Assembly (NCBI GenBank): GCA_964543375.1
Contig: CAZIYD010000002.1
Span: 7,354-71,353, forward strand
Direction: 5' to 3'
DNA length: 64,000 bases
Source of the DNA: an uncultured Muribaculaceae bacterium
GTDB lineage: Bacteria > Bacillota_I > Bacilli_A > RF39 > UBA660
This document shows positions 29,842 through 39,788 of this stretch, in pieces. Under the pieces are notes generated by a model. That model was not told the DNA's origin, made no database searches, and worked only from the letters and a program-made list of their open reading frames with translations. The translations under genes were made by a program, and so were the position numbers. The stretch's first letter is position 1; the number at the start of each line of letters is the position of its first letter.

Positions 29842-30897
29842 ATGAATAATAATAAAAACAAATTTAAAGCATTAGTACTTGCTACAATTATGGCGTTGTC
29901 TGGTCCAATAGCATCAAAAGCAACATCTATAGAAGATGGAAGAAAAATGGATTTATCCGCACCCAGCATAACATATCCAACTAGGAACTATGATGAAAGA
30001 GTAGCTAAACTTATGAGTGAGTTTGGAAGACTAAAACAAGTTGAGTTGGACTCTATGCATAAAGATGCAGATGTTCGTTATGATATGAGTAAAATATCAG
30101 AAGATACGGTTTATAATGCAATAAGCATTTTAAACTTTAGGTTTCCATTTGATGGATTAAATCAAGAAGAATTAGAAAGAGCTTCTTTAGACACTTTTAT
30201 GTTTTTATATGATTGGGGATTTCTTGCTGGAAAATATGGAACAGAAGATATTAAGTTTTCAACATATTTAAGTGATCCAAGAGATTATCAAGCAATAACT
30301 AAAGTCGAAACTTTAGTAGAAATATTTAATAACATATCTCCTAGTGAAGAACAAATAAGAAATGGTAACGTTGAAGATTGGAACAACATAATATTCGCAA
30401 CAAGAGAATTCGATAGAAATGCATACATTCCACCAGTAGAACTTATGAGTTTACTAGTATTAAATGGTGCATTATACGCAATACCATCAAATTATATTAT
30501 AACTGATCCACTTAATGATGTTTTAATTCCAATGGAAGGAAGAGCAAGAAACGATATAATGGAAGATGAAACTGAAAACAAAGTAGACTTTTATGCAACA
30601 AATGAAGGAGGAACTTTATTTACACAGTGGTCTGAATATCCTGCTAAATCATCTATAGAAGACTTTTATGGAGGAATATTTACAGAAAAGGAACTATATG
30701 AACTAGAAATACCATCAAACGTAAAAGAGGCAGGAGAATTTTATCGTTATGGAGTTAGAAGCGATGCTGAAGAGATTGTATTTAAAGCATTAAATGCACT
30801 TCAAAGTAGAGTTCTTGCTCAAGCATCAAGTAAAAATTACGATTCTATAATTGATATAACAGCTAATGAAAAGCCAATAGTTAAAAAATTAGTTTAA
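29842..30897 (+). CDS. secreted protein of unknown function
   Basis: Start at MNNNKNKFKALVLATIMALSGPIASKA (Sec signal peptide, RBS AAAGGGGGAA). No recognisable domain. Confidence 0.55.
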   Translation: MNNNKNKFKALVLATIMALSGPIASKATSIEDGRKMDLSAPSITYPTRNYDERVAKLMSEFGRLKQVELDSMHKDADVRYDMSKISEDTVYNAISILNFRFPFDGLNQEELERASLDTFMFLYDWGFLAGKYGTEDIKFSTYLSDPRDYQAITKVETLVEIFNNISPSEEQIRNGNVEDWNNIIFATREFDRNAYIPPVELMSLLVLNGALYAIPSNYIITDPLNDVLIPMEGRARNDIMEDETENKVDFYATNEGGTLFTQWSEYPAKSSIEDFYGGIFTEKELYELEIPSNVKEAGEFYRYGVRSDAEEIVFKALNALQSRVLAQASSKNYDSIIDITANEKPIVKKLV

Positions 30898-30924
30898 TTA
30901 AAATAAATAAGGGGGAAAATAAAA

Positions 30925-32151
30925 ATGGAAAGAGATTTAAATAATGTTTTATATTATGAAACATTTAAAAGTAATCAAGTGCTTAAACTATACGCTCTTG
31001 ATAAAAACAATCCAAGACAATATGAAGTAGAAACAATTAAAGATTATAAAGAAATAGAAAAACTTTTGCAAACAATAGATTCTAAAATGAAAAAAATTAA
31101 GTATGTATCTAAAAAAGATAATAATGACGTGTTAATTTCTTATGAAAATACTGATACATCTAAATTTGATGTAATATTTAGTAATATAAACTATGAAGAT
31201 GCAATTAGAATAAAAGATAAACAACAAAAGTTAGAAATTGAAAATAAAGATATTGATGTTAAAAAAGCAAAAAGAAGATCAAAGGCTGTAATGTTTACAT
31301 CACTTGCTTTAGCTGCATCAATGATCTTAATTTCTCAAATTTCAAACAAAAAAGTTGATATAAAAAAGGATAAATCAAACGGATATACTGTTTTAGATAG
31401 TATTCCAACAATGAAACCAAGTAAAGTTCAACCTACAGAAATTCAAAATTTGATAACACCAGTTCCAACGGTTATACCTACTTTAGTACCAACACAAGCG
31501 CCAACAATAAAACCTACAGAAGTTGTAAATTCAATAGAAGATCAAAGAGAGATAGATTTTGGTTTTGTCGAATCAACACCAATACCGCTTGATGAAATTG
31601 AATTTCAAAGTGTTCAAATTTTAAATAATGCAGCTTATGAAATCGTTAAAATGGATAACATTGGAACAAGACAAATAAATTCAGAAATATTTTTGGATCC
31701 TAATGCTGCAGCTGCTGCATTCAAATTGATAAATCATAATTTCGACTTTAATGAAGCACTTGTTTCAGAAAACAACGCATTTAAAGGTTTAGTATTTATA
31801 CAACAAGCAACATCAGCATTTGCACTTACAGGTTACGATGGAATTAGACTTTCTCCACACATTCTTGATACAGAAAAAAGAGAAGAAGTTAGAAAAGTTG
31901 AAGATATGGTAAAAGACCACATTAATGGTAAGAACAACGAAAAAGCAATGATTGATAAAGCAAAATCTATATCAAAATTAACTTCTTATGACACAAAAGA
32001 AATAGATTATGTTAATACATCATATATAGCATCAGCTTCTGGAAACTTTTATAAAGAAAAAGGAGATGGAGAGTTCTTATCAAAACTTCAAAACGATTTA
32101 ATGACAGAAATAAATGTATACTGTTTTGAATCTCCTAATAAATCTAAATAA
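30925..32151 (+). CDS. membrane-anchored protein of unknown function with Pro/Thr-rich linker
   Basis: 408 aa. Internal TM AVMFTSLALAASMILISQI followed by PT-rich linker ITPVPTVIPTLVPTQAPTIKPTEV and a C-terminal globular region. No recognisable domain. Confidence 0.5.
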   Translation: MERDLNNVLYYETFKSNQVLKLYALDKNNPRQYEVETIKDYKEIEKLLQTIDSKMKKIKYVSKKDNNDVLISYENTDTSKFDVIFSNINYEDAIRIKDKQQKLEIENKDIDVKKAKRRSKAVMFTSLALAASMILISQISNKKVDIKKDKSNGYTVLDSIPTMKPSKVQPTEIQNLITPVPTVIPTLVPTQAPTIKPTEVVNSIEDQREIDFGFVESTPIPLDEIEFQSVQILNNAAYEIVKMDNIGTRQINSEIFLDPNAAAAAFKLINHNFDFNEALVSENNAFKGLVFIQQATSAFALTGYDGIRLSPHILDTEKREEVRKVEDMVKDHINGKNNEKAMIDKAKSISKLTSYDTKEIDYVNTSYIASASGNFYKEKGDGEFLSKLQNDLMTEINVYCFESPNKSK

Positions 32152-32236
32152 TACATAGACATCCAAATGTAAAAGGGTGTCTTTTTTATTTGACAATATC
32201 TTGATTTCAGAATAATATTAAGTTAAGGAGATAGTT

Positions 32237-33085
32237 ATGGTAAATTCTAATGAAATATTATTAAAAGCATTTAATGAAGGGTACGCTATCCCCCAATTTA
32301 ATATAACTAATTTGGAGTGGATTAAATACATTTTAGAAAAATGTAATGAGTTAAGAAGCCCAGTTATATTAGGGGCTAGTGAAGGCGCAATAAAATATAT
32401 GGGTGGCTATAGTGTTGTTTATAATTTAGTTAATTCCTTATATAAAGAATTAAATATAGTTATTCCGGTTGTTCTTCATTTAGATCATGGAACATCTATA
32501 GAATCTTGTAAAAAGGCAATAGACTCTGGATTTACATCTGTAATGATAGATGCATCTAAATATGAACTAAATGAAAATATAAGAATAACAAAAGACGTAG
32601 TAGATTATGCAAAATTAAAAAATGTATCAGTAGAAGCTGAAGTTGGATCTATTGGTGGGATAGAAGATAATATCGCAGCAAATATAAGATATGCAGATGT
32701 AGAAGATTGTTATACCTTTGTAAAATCAACAACAGTAAACTCTTTTGCACCAGCTTTAGGAACAGTTCACGGCTTTTTTAAAGGAGAACTAAACATAGAT
32801 TTTAATAGAATGAAAAAAATCAAAGAAAAAGTAAATATGCCTTTGGTTTTGCATGGAGGAACAGGAGTACCCGAAGAACTTATAAAGATGTCTATATCTA
32901 ACGGAATATCGAAGATAAATATAGATACAGAGTTAAAAAGTGCTTGGAATAAAGCTGTTAGAGAATTTATGATAGATAATGAAAAAGAATATGATCCAAG
33001 AAAGATAATTGGTTCTGGCGAAAAAGCAATAAAAGAAGTAATAGATAAAAAAATTAATTTATTTGGTAGTTTAAATAAAATTTAG
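32237..33085 (+). CDS. fba: fructose-bisphosphate aldolase class II
   Basis: 282 aa. VVLHLDHGTSIESCKKAIDSGFTSVMIDAS and HGGTG motifs of the class II FBA/tagatose-bisphosphate aldolase family. Confidence 0.9.
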   Translation: MVNSNEILLKAFNEGYAIPQFNITNLEWIKYILEKCNELRSPVILGASEGAIKYMGGYSVVYNLVNSLYKELNIVIPVVLHLDHGTSIESCKKAIDSGFTSVMIDASKYELNENIRITKDVVDYAKLKNVSVEAEVGSIGGIEDNIAANIRYADVEDCYTFVKSTTVNSFAPALGTVHGFFKGELNIDFNRMKKIKEKVNMPLVLHGGTGVPEELIKMSISNGISKINIDTELKSAWNKAVREFMIDNEKEYDPRKIIGSGEKAIKEVIDKKINLFGSLNKI

Positions 33086-33093
33086 GAGGTTTT

Positions 33094-34344
33094 ATGTCTA
33101 AAATAATTATAGAAGGAAAGCATAAATTATCTGGAAAAATTGAAATAAGTGGCGCTAAAAATAGTACGGTTGCTTTAATCCCTGCTGCAATACTTGCAGA
33201 TGATGAAGTAACTATTATGAATGTTCCAGAAATATCGGATACTGCAGCAATGGAAGAAATTCTTACTTTTCTTGGTGCAAAAGTAAAAGGAAATAGTGGA
33301 ACTATAAAAATAGACCCTAAAAATATAGTATCAAAAGAAATACCCGAAGAAATATCCAAAAAATTAAGGGCTTCATATTATTTTATGTCTGCATTATTAT
33401 CAAAGTATAAACATGCTTGTATGTATTTTCCTGGAGGTTGTTCTATAGGATCTCGTCCAATAGATCAAACATTAAAAGGATATAGAGCACTTGGTGCAAC
33501 TGTAATAGAAGAGGGAAATAAATATACAGTTTTTGCTGATAAATTAATTGGTGCTGAAGTTTATTTAGATATGCCTAGTGTTGGTGCAACTGTTAACACT
33601 ATGTTAGTTGCAGTTAAAGCAGAAGGAATTACAACAATAAATAACGCTGCAAAAGAACCAGAAATAGTTAATATAGCAACTTTCCTAAACAATATGGGTG
33701 CAAAAATAAAAGGGGCTGGAACATCTGAAATAAAAATCGAAGGAGTAAAAAATTTAAATAAAGCAACTATAGAGGTAATACCAGATAGAATAGAGGCTGG
33801 AACATATATGATTCTTGCTGCTTTAACTGGCGATAATTTAATAATAGAAAATATAATTCCAGAACATTTAGAATCCTTAATATTAAAACTAAAAGAAGCG
33901 GGTGCTGATATAAAAGTAAAGGAAGATTACTGTATTATAAATAAGGTCGATTATTTAAAAGCAATAAAAATTAAAACTCTAGGTTTCCCAGGTTTTCCAA
34001 CAGACTTACAACAACCATTAGCAACACTTTTAACACAATGTAATGGGGTAAGTGTAATAGAAGAAACTTTGTATGAAAATAGATTTAAGAATTTAGAACA
34101 ACTAGAAAAGATGGGTTCAAAGTATAAGGTAGATGGTAAAAAAGCATATATAACAGGAAAAACACCCCTTTTAGGAAGTGAGGTTGAATCAACAGATTTA
34201 AGAGGTGGAGCGTGTTTAGTAATCGCAGGACTAATAGCAGAAGGTAAAACAGTGGTAAACGAGGCTGAACATATATTAAGGGGTTATTCTTATATAGTTG
34301 AAAAACTAAATAATGTTGGAGCAAAAATAAAAATAGAAGAATAA
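33094..34344 (+). CDS. murA: UDP-N-acetylglucosamine 1-carboxyvinyltransferase
   Basis: 416 aa. MSKIIIEGKHKLSGKIEISGAKNSTVALIPAAILA N-terminus and active-site Cys region (CSIGSRPIDQ) typical of MurA. Confidence 0.95.
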   Translation: MSKIIIEGKHKLSGKIEISGAKNSTVALIPAAILADDEVTIMNVPEISDTAAMEEILTFLGAKVKGNSGTIKIDPKNIVSKEIPEEISKKLRASYYFMSALLSKYKHACMYFPGGCSIGSRPIDQTLKGYRALGATVIEEGNKYTVFADKLIGAEVYLDMPSVGATVNTMLVAVKAEGITTINNAAKEPEIVNIATFLNNMGAKIKGAGTSEIKIEGVKNLNKATIEVIPDRIEAGTYMILAALTGDNLIIENIIPEHLESLILKLKEAGADIKVKEDYCIINKVDYLKAIKIKTLGFPGFPTDLQQPLATLLTQCNGVSVIEETLYENRFKNLEQLEKMGSKYKVDGKKAYITGKTPLLGSEVESTDLRGGACLVIAGLIAEGKTVVNEAEHILRGYSYIVEKLNNVGAKIKIEE

Positions 34345-34410
34345 ATTTGCTTGATAAATCTAATTCCTAGTGATATACTATATAAAGTTTATTTATCAAG
34401 GAGGTATAGT

Positions 34411-34608
34411 ATGAAGAAAAAAGGAAGTATATATAAAGATACAAAAGTAACATGTGCATGTGGAGCATCATTTGACACAAAATCTACTAATGATGAAATT
34501 CGTGTAGAAGTATGTTCTGAATGTCATCCTTTTTATACTGGTAAACAAGTAAGAACTTCAAAAACTGGTCGTGTAGAAAGATTTAATCAAAAACATGGTT
34601 TAGAATAA
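34411..34608 (+). CDS. rpmE: 50S ribosomal protein L31
   Basis: 65 aa from [13 protein letters not shown] with RBS AAGGAGG. CxxC...[12 protein letters not shown] zinc-ribbon signature of L31 type A. The longer ORF in the track lacks an RBS. Confidence 0.92.
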   Translation: MKKKGSIYKDTKVTCACGASFDTKSTNDEIRVEVCSECHPFYTGKQVRTSKTGRVERFNQKHGLE

Positions 34609-34634
34609 AAGATAATGTAAATTATCTTTTTTTA
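34609..34634 (+). terminator. intrinsic terminator after rpmE
   Basis: AAGATAAT-gtaa-ATTATCTT perfect 8-bp stem followed by TTTTTT. Confidence 0.7.
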
Positions 34635-34658
34635 TTGTATAATGTTCTTGGAGGAAGT

Positions 34659-35099
34659 ATGAAAATAGGTATAACTTCTGATCATGGTGGATATAATTTA
34701 AAAACAAAGTTGATAAAATATTTAAAAAATAAATATGAAGTGGTGGATTATGGAACTTATGGTTTAGAGTCTGTTGATTATCCAGATTTTGCTTTTAAAT
34801 TAGGAGAAGCAATCGTAAATGAGGATATTTCTTTTGGTATTGCAATTTGTAAAACTGGAATAGGGATGTCAATAGCTTTAAACAAAGTAAAAGGAATTAG
34901 ATGTGCAAAACTGGATAATATTAAGGATGTGGGATGTTCAAGAAAACACAATAATGCGAATGCTATATCTATATCTGGAAATATGAATTTTTATAAAGCA
35001 AAAATGATTATAAATAGATTTTTAAATACAGAATTTTCTAATGATGAAAGACACGTTAGAAGAATAAACAAAATAAAGGAATATGAAAATGAACATTAA
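34659..35099 (+). CDS. rpiB: ribose-5-phosphate isomerase B (RpiB/LacAB family)
   Basis: 146 aa from MKIGITSDHGGYNLKTKL (RBS GGAGGAAG). Family signature around GIAICKTGIGMSIALNKVKGIRCA. Confidence 0.88.
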   Translation: MKIGITSDHGGYNLKTKLIKYLKNKYEVVDYGTYGLESVDYPDFAFKLGEAIVNEDISFGIAICKTGIGMSIALNKVKGIRCAKLDNIKDVGCSRKHNNANAISISGNMNFYKAKMIINRFLNTEFSNDERHVRRINKIKEYENEH

Positions 35100-35283
35100 A
35101 ATATTAATTTATTTATTTGTATTACCAATTACTATGTGGAGTATAAGTTATATAAACATAGAAAAGATATTTAAAAAAAATAGTTTAAATCAAATAAGAG
35201 TTTTCTATGTATTAATTTCTTTAGCGCTATCTTATTTGGTTTCAAATTTTATATTAGATTTTTATACAATAACATCTATATAA
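35083..35283 (+). CDS. possible small two-TM membrane protein (doubtful)
   Basis: 66-aa ORF with two hydrophobic segments in the rpiB-tagO gap. No RBS of note. Kept only because the gap is otherwise unexplained. Confidence 0.2.
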   Translation: MKMNIKILIYLFVLPITMWSISYINIEKIFKKNSLNQIRVFYVLISLALSYLVSNFILDFYTITSI

Positions 35284-35296
35284 GAAAGGATACAAT

Positions 35297-36352
35297 ATGA
35301 GTTTAGATACAACTGAAATAATATTAATTTTAATATCTACATTTTTATTTTCTTTAATAATTACACCAATAGTAAAAAAAATAGCAATACATATAGGTTC
35401 TGTTGATAAACCCAACAAAAGAAGAATAAATAAAGTTCCAATGCCAACGCTTGGAGGACTAACTATATTCTTATCTTTCATATTTGGGTACGTGTTGTTT
35501 TCTAGCAAAATTACAGATATGATTCCAATTATTCTTGGAGGAATTATAATATTAATAACTGGAATTATAGATGATATAAATCCAATAAAAGCTAGATACA
35601 AACTTATTGGTCAAATAATAGCATCTTTAATAGTTGTTATTTATGGAGGTTTTTCAATAAACTCAGTAGATTTCTTTGGCATAAATTTAGAATTTGGTAT
35701 ATTTAAAGAAGTAATAACTATAATTTTTATAGTAGGTATGATAAATGCTGTTAATTTAATAGATGGTTTAGATGGTCTTGCAGCAGGTTTATCTGAAATA
35801 TTTTTTATAACAATTGCGGTAATAGCCTTAATTCAACAAAAATATAGCGGTCTTGATATATATTTAACTTTAATAATGATCGGTTCAACTATGGGGCTTT
35901 TAATTTATAATTTTTATCCTGCAAAAATATATTTAGGAGATAGTGGAGCAATGTTTTTGGGATACATTATCTCTGTAATCGCGATATTAGGATTTAAAAT
36001 TGTAACAATTACATCTTTTGTTATACCAGTATTTTTAATGGCTATTCCTGTATTTGATACATTACTTGCAATATTAAGGAGAATAAAGAAGAAAAAATCA
36101 TTATCAGAACCAGACAAAGAACACTTACATCATAAATTATTATCACTTGGTTTAAGTCATAGAAATACAGTTCTTGTTTTATATTTTATAAATTTAATAT
36201 TTGCGATAGCATCTGTAATATATGCACTTGTAGAACAAAAAACAGGTATAATAATATACGTTATTATTTTAGTAATTATTATATACTTAGCAATAAGAAT
36301 TAAACAAAATAAAACCAAATTAAAGAAGAAAAGGGTAAAAAAACTATCTTAA
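35297..36352 (+). CDS. tagO: undecaprenyl-phosphate N-acetylglucosaminyl-1-phosphate transferase (TagO/WecA, glycosyltransferase family 4)
   Basis: 351 aa polytopic membrane protein with NAVNLIDGLDGLAAG and GDSGAMFLG motifs of the MraY/WecA family. It lies outside any dcw cluster, so TagO/WecA rather than MraY. Confidence 0.85.
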   Translation: MSLDTTEIILILISTFLFSLIITPIVKKIAIHIGSVDKPNKRRINKVPMPTLGGLTIFLSFIFGYVLFSSKITDMIPIILGGIIILITGIIDDINPIKARYKLIGQIIASLIVVIYGGFSINSVDFFGINLEFGIFKEVITIIFIVGMINAVNLIDGLDGLAAGLSEIFFITIAVIALIQQKYSGLDIYLTLIMIGSTMGLLIYNFYPAKIYLGDSGAMFLGYIISVIAILGFKIVTITSFVIPVFLMAIPVFDTLLAILRRIKKKKSLSEPDKEHLHHKLLSLGLSHRNTVLVLYFINLIFAIASVIYALVEQKTGIIIYVIILVIIIYLAIRIKQNKTKLKKKRVKKLS

Positions 36353-36403
36353 ATATAGTTTTTTTTATTAATTTGTGCTAATATTTTGTTAAGGAGGACA
36401 ATA

Positions 36404-36928
36404 ATGAAAAGTATAATTAGAAGTAAAGATATAGAGGTTACTAAATCAATAAAAGAATACATTGAAGAAAAACTTAGTAAAGTAGATAAATATTTTAGAA
36501 ATCCAGAAGAAATAACTGCAAACATATTACTTAGAGTAAGGAATCATGAGCAAACAATAGAAGTTACAATACCAACAAAGAACTTGCTTATAAGAAACGA
36601 GGTAGAAGATAAAGATCTTTATGCAGCAATAGATCTTGTTATGGATAAGATAGAAAGACAAATTAGAAAAAATAAAGAAAAGATTAGCAAGGTAGACAAA
36701 GAAAAAGTGTTAGACTTTGAAATGATAGAAGAGGACATAAAAGAAAAAGTAAGTAAAGTATCTAAAAGAAAAAGCATCGATACAAAACCAATGAGTGAGG
36801 AAGAAGCAATATTACAAATGGAAATGTTAGGGCATGACTTTTATATATTTAAAGATGGTTTTGATGATAAGATTAAAGTTATCTATTTAAGAAAAGATAA
36901 TGATTATGGAATAATAGAAGTGGAATAA
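36404..36928 (+). CDS. hpf: ribosome hibernation promoting factor (long HPF/YvyD)
   Basis: 174 aa from MKSIIRSKDIEVTKSIKEYIEEKL (RBS AAGGAGG). N-terminal S30AE domain plus C-terminal dimerisation domain. Confidence 0.9.
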   Translation: MKSIIRSKDIEVTKSIKEYIEEKLSKVDKYFRNPEEITANILLRVRNHEQTIEVTIPTKNLLIRNEVEDKDLYAAIDLVMDKIERQIRKNKEKISKVDKEKVLDFEMIEEDIKEKVSKVSKRKSIDTKPMSEEEAILQMEMLGHDFYIFKDGFDDKIKVIYLRKDNDYGIIEVE

Positions 36929-36946
36929 TTGAATTCCACTTTTTTT
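36920..36946 (+). terminator. intrinsic terminator after hpf
   Basis: GTGGAAT-aattga-ATTCCAC stem followed by TTTTTTT, overlapping the hpf stop codon. Confidence 0.65.
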
Positions 36947-36977
36947 ATTTATATAGTATAATGATTATGGTGATTGT

Positions 36978-37940
36978 ATGAAAATAGATTCTAAAAGAGT
37001 AGAAAGTATAGTAAAAAATTCATCTAATATCGTTATAACTTCTCACAAAGATATAGATTTAGATTCTTTAGGATCTATGCTTGGTTTTTATTACTTGTCC
37101 TTAAAATATGATAAAGATACTTGTATTTTAATAGAAGATAAAGTATTTGAATTTGGTGTAGAAACAGCATTTTTAAACATTAAGAAAAATAGTTTGAATA
37201 TATCTATTAAAAAGTTATCAGAAATAAGTATAAATAAAGATACATTACTTGTAATAGTAGATACCAATAAAAAAGAAAGAATTCAAAATGAAAAAGCATT
37301 TAATAAAATTAAAAACAGAATTGTTATAGATCATCATATAAAAGGAAAAACAAATGAATCAGATTACTTATACTATTATGTAGATGATACAGAATCCAGT
37401 GGATCTGAAATTATAACAGACATAATAACAGATTTAAACATATATATACCAGCTTACGCAGCATCTATAATGTTATCTGGAATAATGGTTGATACTAACA
37501 GATTCTATTTAAAAACTACTAAAAATACTTTTGATGTTGCTAGTAAATTAAAAAAACTTGGAGCAACAACAAATGATATACAGTATTTATTTAAGCAAGA
37601 TTTTAATAATTATAAAAAAATTCAAGATATAATAAAAGAATCCACTTTTATTACAGAAAACATATTAATCTCTATTGCAAATGAAGTTTGTGATAATGAG
37701 GAACTTGCTAAAGCAGCAGATACTATGTTAACATTTAACTATGTAGAAGCATCTTTTGTAATAGGACACCTATCTAAAGAAGAAATAGGAATAAGTGCAA
37801 GATCTTTAGGAAAAATAGATGTTCAAAAGTTAATGAAAGAGTTAAATGGTGGAGGACATAAGACCGATGCTGCGACTCAAATAAAAGGAAAAAATCTATC
37901 ACAAGTAAAAGATATGCTTATTGATATAATAATGAAGTAA
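36978..37940 (+). CDS. stand-alone DHH/DHHA1 phosphoesterase (NrnA/Pde2-like; occupies the GdpP position upstream of rplI)
   Basis: 320 aa. DHH motifs (ITSHKDIDLDSLGS, VIDHH) and DHHA1 GGGH motif. No TM, PAS or degenerate GGDEF region. Gene order DHH-rplI-dnaB mirrors gdpP-rplI-dnaC of Bacillus. Confidence 0.75.
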   Translation: MKIDSKRVESIVKNSSNIVITSHKDIDLDSLGSMLGFYYLSLKYDKDTCILIEDKVFEFGVETAFLNIKKNSLNISIKKLSEISINKDTLLVIVDTNKKERIQNEKAFNKIKNRIVIDHHIKGKTNESDYLYYYVDDTESSGSEIITDIITDLNIYIPAYAASIMLSGIMVDTNRFYLKTTKNTFDVASKLKKLGATTNDIQYLFKQDFNNYKKIQDIIKESTFITENILISIANEVCDNEELAKAADTMLTFNYVEASFVIGHLSKEEIGISARSLGKIDVQKLMKELNGGGHKTDAATQIKGKNLSQVKDMLIDIIMK

Positions 37941-38004
37941 CTTTGGTTACTTTTTATTTTCTAAATGTAGTATAATAATTATACAAACAAATCTGGAGGT
38001 TTAA

Positions 38005-38445
38005 ATGAAAGTAATATTCTTAAAAGATTTAAAAGGGCAAGGAAAAAAAGATGAGATTAAGGAAGTAAAAGATGGATATGCGAATAACTTCTTAATTAAA
38101 AATGGTTATGCAGTTAAATATACAGATTTTAGTAAAGAAAAGTTAGATAATCAAATCAAACAAAGAAAAATAGATAAAGCAGAAGAAATAAAAAAATGTA
38201 ATAAAATAAAGAAAGAATTAGAAAATAAAATAATAAAATTTAAAGTTAAAACGGGTGTAGAAGATAAAGTTTTTGGAAGTATTTCATCAAAACAAATATC
38301 AGAAGAGTTAAAAAAACTTAATTATGATATAGATAAGAAAAAAATAATTATTGATGAAATAGCAACACTTGGGTTTCACAATGTAAAAATTATATTGCAT
38401 AAAGAAGTAGAACTTAATTTAAGAGTACAATTGATTAAAGAATAG
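38005..38445 (+). CDS. rplI: 50S ribosomal protein L9
   Basis: 146 aa. [38 protein letters not shown]-domain signature. Confidence 0.92.
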   Translation: MKVIFLKDLKGQGKKDEIKEVKDGYANNFLIKNGYAVKYTDFSKEKLDNQIKQRKIDKAEEIKKCNKIKKELENKIIKFKVKTGVEDKVFGSISSKQISEELKKLNYDIDKKKIIIDEIATLGFHNVKIILHKEVELNLRVQLIKE

Positions 38446-38453
38446 AGGTTATT

Positions 38454-39788
38454 ATGAACGAAAGAAAGTTACCACACAATTTAGATGCAGAACAATCTGT
38501 ATTGGGATCTAGTTTTATATCTAAAGAAGCTTTGCAAAAAGTAACAGAAGAATTAGAAAAAGAATCTTTTTATTCTAGTGATAATTCCAAAGTATATGAG
38601 GTTTTAAAGGAATTATATTTAGAAGATATAGCGGTAGATGTTACTACAGTATCAGATAGGTTAAAGAAAAAAAAGTATGTTTCTTCTTCTTTGAATGCCG
38701 AATATATATTGGATTTAGTAAACTCTGTTCCAACAGCCGCTAATATAGACTATTATATAAATATTGTAAAAGAAAAATCACTACTTAGAAAATTAATAGA
38801 TACAGCAACTAATATAGTAACTAGTGCTTATTCTGAAGGCGAAGAGATTGGAGAAATGTTAGATGATGCTGAAAGAAAAATCCTTAATGTAGTAAAAAAT
38901 AGACGTTCTACAGAGTTTAAGAATATTCAAGAAGTATTATTTAGAGCACAAGAAAACTTAGAAAGACTGTCGGAAGCAGGAAGCGATATAACGGGTGTAG
39001 CAAGTGGTTTTCATGATATAGATAGAATAACAACTGGTTTCCATGAAAATGAACTTATAATAGTTGCTTCTCGTCCAGGTATGGGTAAAACCGCGTTTGT
39101 ATTAAATGTTGCAACCAATGTTGCATCATATACAAAAAAAGCAGTAGCAGTATTCAATTTAGAGATGAATGCAGAACAACTTGCAATGCGTATGATAAGT
39201 TCAGTAGGACAAATAGATGGCTATAAAATAAGAACAGGAAAATTAGAAAATAACGATTGGAAGAGAGTTAATGAAGCAATAAGTCAATTAGCAAACACCA
39301 ATTTGAAAATAGACGATACTCCAGGAATTACAATTGGAGAAATAAGAGCTAAATGTAGAAGATTAGCATCGTCAGATGAAGGATTAGAGTTAATAATAAT
39401 AGACTACCTTCAATTAGTAAGTGTGGGTAGAAATACCGATAATAGACAACAAGAAGTAGCAGAAATTTCTAGATCGTTAAAAGAACTATCTTTAGAGCTT
39501 AACGTTCCAATAATAGCGTGTGCTCAGCTATCTAGAGCAGTAGATTCTAGAGAAGATAAAAGACCACTTATGAGCGATTTAAGAGAGTCTGGTTCTATAG
39601 AGCAAGATGCCGATATAGTAGCATTTTTATATAGAGATGATTATTATAATAAAGAAGCAAGAATGGATAACAGTAATAGTGTAGTAGAGTTTATAATTGG
39701 TAAAAATAGAAGTGGTATTGTAGCAACAATTAATCTACTCTTTAAAAAGAATACCTCTACATTTATAGGATATGTAGAAGAAGAATGA
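38454..39788 (+). CDS. dnaB: replicative DNA helicase (DnaB family; DnaC in Bacillus nomenclature)
   Basis: 444 aa. N-terminal domain LPHNLDAEQSVLGS, RecA-like core with Walker A ASRPGMGKTAF and Walker B IIIDYLQL. Confidence 0.95.
   Translation: MNERKLPHNLDAEQSVLGSSFISKEALQKVTEELEKESFYSSDNSKVYEVLKELYLEDIAVDVTTVSDRLKKKKYVSSSLNAEYILDLVNSVPTAANIDYYINIVKEKSLLRKLIDTATNIVTSAYSEGEEIGEMLDDAERKILNVVKNRRSTEFKNIQEVLFRAQENLERLSEAGSDITGVASGFHDIDRITTGFHENELIIVASRPGMGKTAFVLNVATNVASYTKKAVAVFNLEMNAEQLAMRMISSVGQIDGYKIRTGKLENNDWKRVNEAISQLANTNLKIDDTPGITIGEIRAKCRRLASSDEGLELIIIDYLQLVSVGRNTDNRQQEVAEISRSLKELSLELNVPIIACAQLSRAVDSREDKRPLMSDLRESGSIEQDADIVAFLYRDDYYNKEARMDNSNSVVEFIIGKNRSGIVATINLLFKKNTSTFIGYVEEE

Noticed and set aside
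35254-35601. 115-aa minus-strand ORF
   Set aside because: Antisense shadow of tagO (35297-36352), which has clear MraY/WecA-family motifs.
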